Of a stretch of 64,000 bases of DNA, positions 62,741 through 64,000 are shown one piece after another. Position 1 is the first letter of the stretch. Every line of letters begins with the position of its first letter. The notes under the pieces were generated by a model that made no database searches, was not told where the DNA came from, and saw only the letters and a program-made list of their open reading frames with translations. The stretch comes from Felis catus. Taxonomy: Eukaryota. Where the stretch lies: contig NC_058368.1 in NCBI RefSeq assembly GCF_018350175.1, positions 129,520,001-129,584,000 of the forward strand, in the 5' to 3' direction. Both the position numbers and the translations under genes were made by a program.

Positions 62741-63109
62741 CTGTGTAAATGCTCCTTGAAATTTTAAAGACCCTACCTAGCACATCTTACAGTGGGCAAC
62801 ATGAAGCAAAAAGCTTCCACTAGGATTTCAGCTCAGATTCTTATTATCCTCTACAGGTAGAAAGGATGCCACCTTCTGATTTTCATTGCACTTTTACCCC
62901 AGCTGGTATTATTTCTTCTGATGATTTTCTGGTCATAGTGGTTTCTGAGACCCCTTTCCTTTCTCACAAACCAGTGAATTGCATGTACAGTAAAACGTCA
63001 CCATTGCTTTTTGTGTCCCTGCTTTATTTCCCAGAATGTGTTGTCTATCTAAGTAATTGTTCCACTTTTTTCCTTTTATCATGTTTTTTTAGAGCATTTG
63101 GGGACAAGC

Positions 63110-63615
63110 TGTTACATTAGTTAGGAGTCTGAGTTGCAAGAGGTAGAAACCCAGTTTGAGCTAGCTTGAGGAAAAAAAAAAGTGGGGAAGGAAGATTTAC
63201 TTGGCAGATACAATCAAGTTACAGGAAATGCAGATTCTACTGGACTTCAGAAACAACGAGACTGGGGGCTGTATAACATGTAAATCAAGTCACCACTTCT
63301 TGCCCCTGCTCTTTTCTGATACTTTTATTCATTTCTCTTCAGCTTGTATCCATTGGACAAAAAATACGGTCACTAACAAACAGTTCCAGAGTTCTACATC
63401 TTGCACCTTTAGTCACTGGTGAGAGACTGACTCTGAATCCAAAATCTCAAAATCCCGGGTAATGAATGTGACTAGCCAAATTAGATTGAGGTGTCCATTT
63501 TTAGATCAGTCAACTCCAGATAGGAAATTGGGAACACAGAACAATAATGCTACCTGAGTGGATGATAGGGGAGGAGGACAGCCCCTACATTATGGGTGCT
63601 GATGCCAAGAAGACT
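63110..63615 (-). mobile_element. Old MaLR LTR (MLT1K/L/N-like)
   Basis: TTAGTTAGGA..GTTGCAAGAGGTAGAAACCCAGTTTGAGCTAGCTTGAG..CAGTTCCAGAGTT..AGGTGTCCA. Confidence 0.6.
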
Positions 63616-64000
63616 ATCCCTTAGAGATTCCTGGTAGCAAACCTTCTTTTCCAGATGGTGGAGACTTAGCAACAGGTATCACTCTTCTCTGAGACACTGG
63701 GGCCAGATCTTTCACATGCTTAAATGACATTTGGCACCCAAATCCTAATGCACACAAAATTCATTTAGAGACAAAACAGCCCAAGAAAAGAACTGGGTTG
63801 AATCATTAATATCTGTTTTCCAAATTCATAGTTAACAGTCAAGTCGGAGTAAATACTTCCAGGTAACAAGTATTCTTAATAAAGAGCAGATACAAATCTT
63901 AATAAAGATTTGCCTTAATGGACTTGATTAGTCATTAACCTATCCCCAATTTACCAGATAATTTCCAACCTTCCCTCTCACCAGTGTGGGCCTGATTCAG

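Noticed and set aside
1..64000. A novel multi-gene system, prokaryotic-type locus, provirus internal region or processed pseudogene
   Set aside because: No long ORFs, no gag/pol/env similarity, no primer-binding site noticed next to the LTRs, and no polyA/TSD-flanked mRNA copy; known mammalian repeats plus unique non-coding DNA explain the content

Overview
This is mammalian non-coding DNA from a cat-family (Felidae) genome. The assignment rests on about 27 tRNA-Lys-derived Can-SINEs, including young SINEC_Fc-type copies, and on carnivore-type L1 3' ends. I found no recognisable protein-coding exon, RNA gene or CRISPR array. The only ORFs with recognisable protein similarity are L1 ORF2 remnants; the rest are SINE, microsatellite or chance frames. 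The window is intergenic or deep intronic and rich in repeats: SINEC, L1, L2, MIR, MaLR/ERVL LTRs, ERV1-type LTRs and hAT MITEs. The main points of interest are: (i) five ERV1-type solo LTRs between 28 and 42 kb, with several nested insertions and one LTR carrying an octamer next to its TATA box; (ii) an old L1 with a clean 5' inversion (twin-priming architecture) at 59.3-61.3 kb; (iii) repeat-free, motif-dense candidate enhancers at about 10.4, 30.4-33.6 and 56.0-57.6 kb, plus CTCF-like sites and a candidate + strand exon; (iv) a nearly adjacent inverted SINE pair. I found no support for a novel biological system. Repeat family names come from recalled consensus sequences, and boundaries of old elements are approximate; RepeatMasker/Dfam should confirm them.
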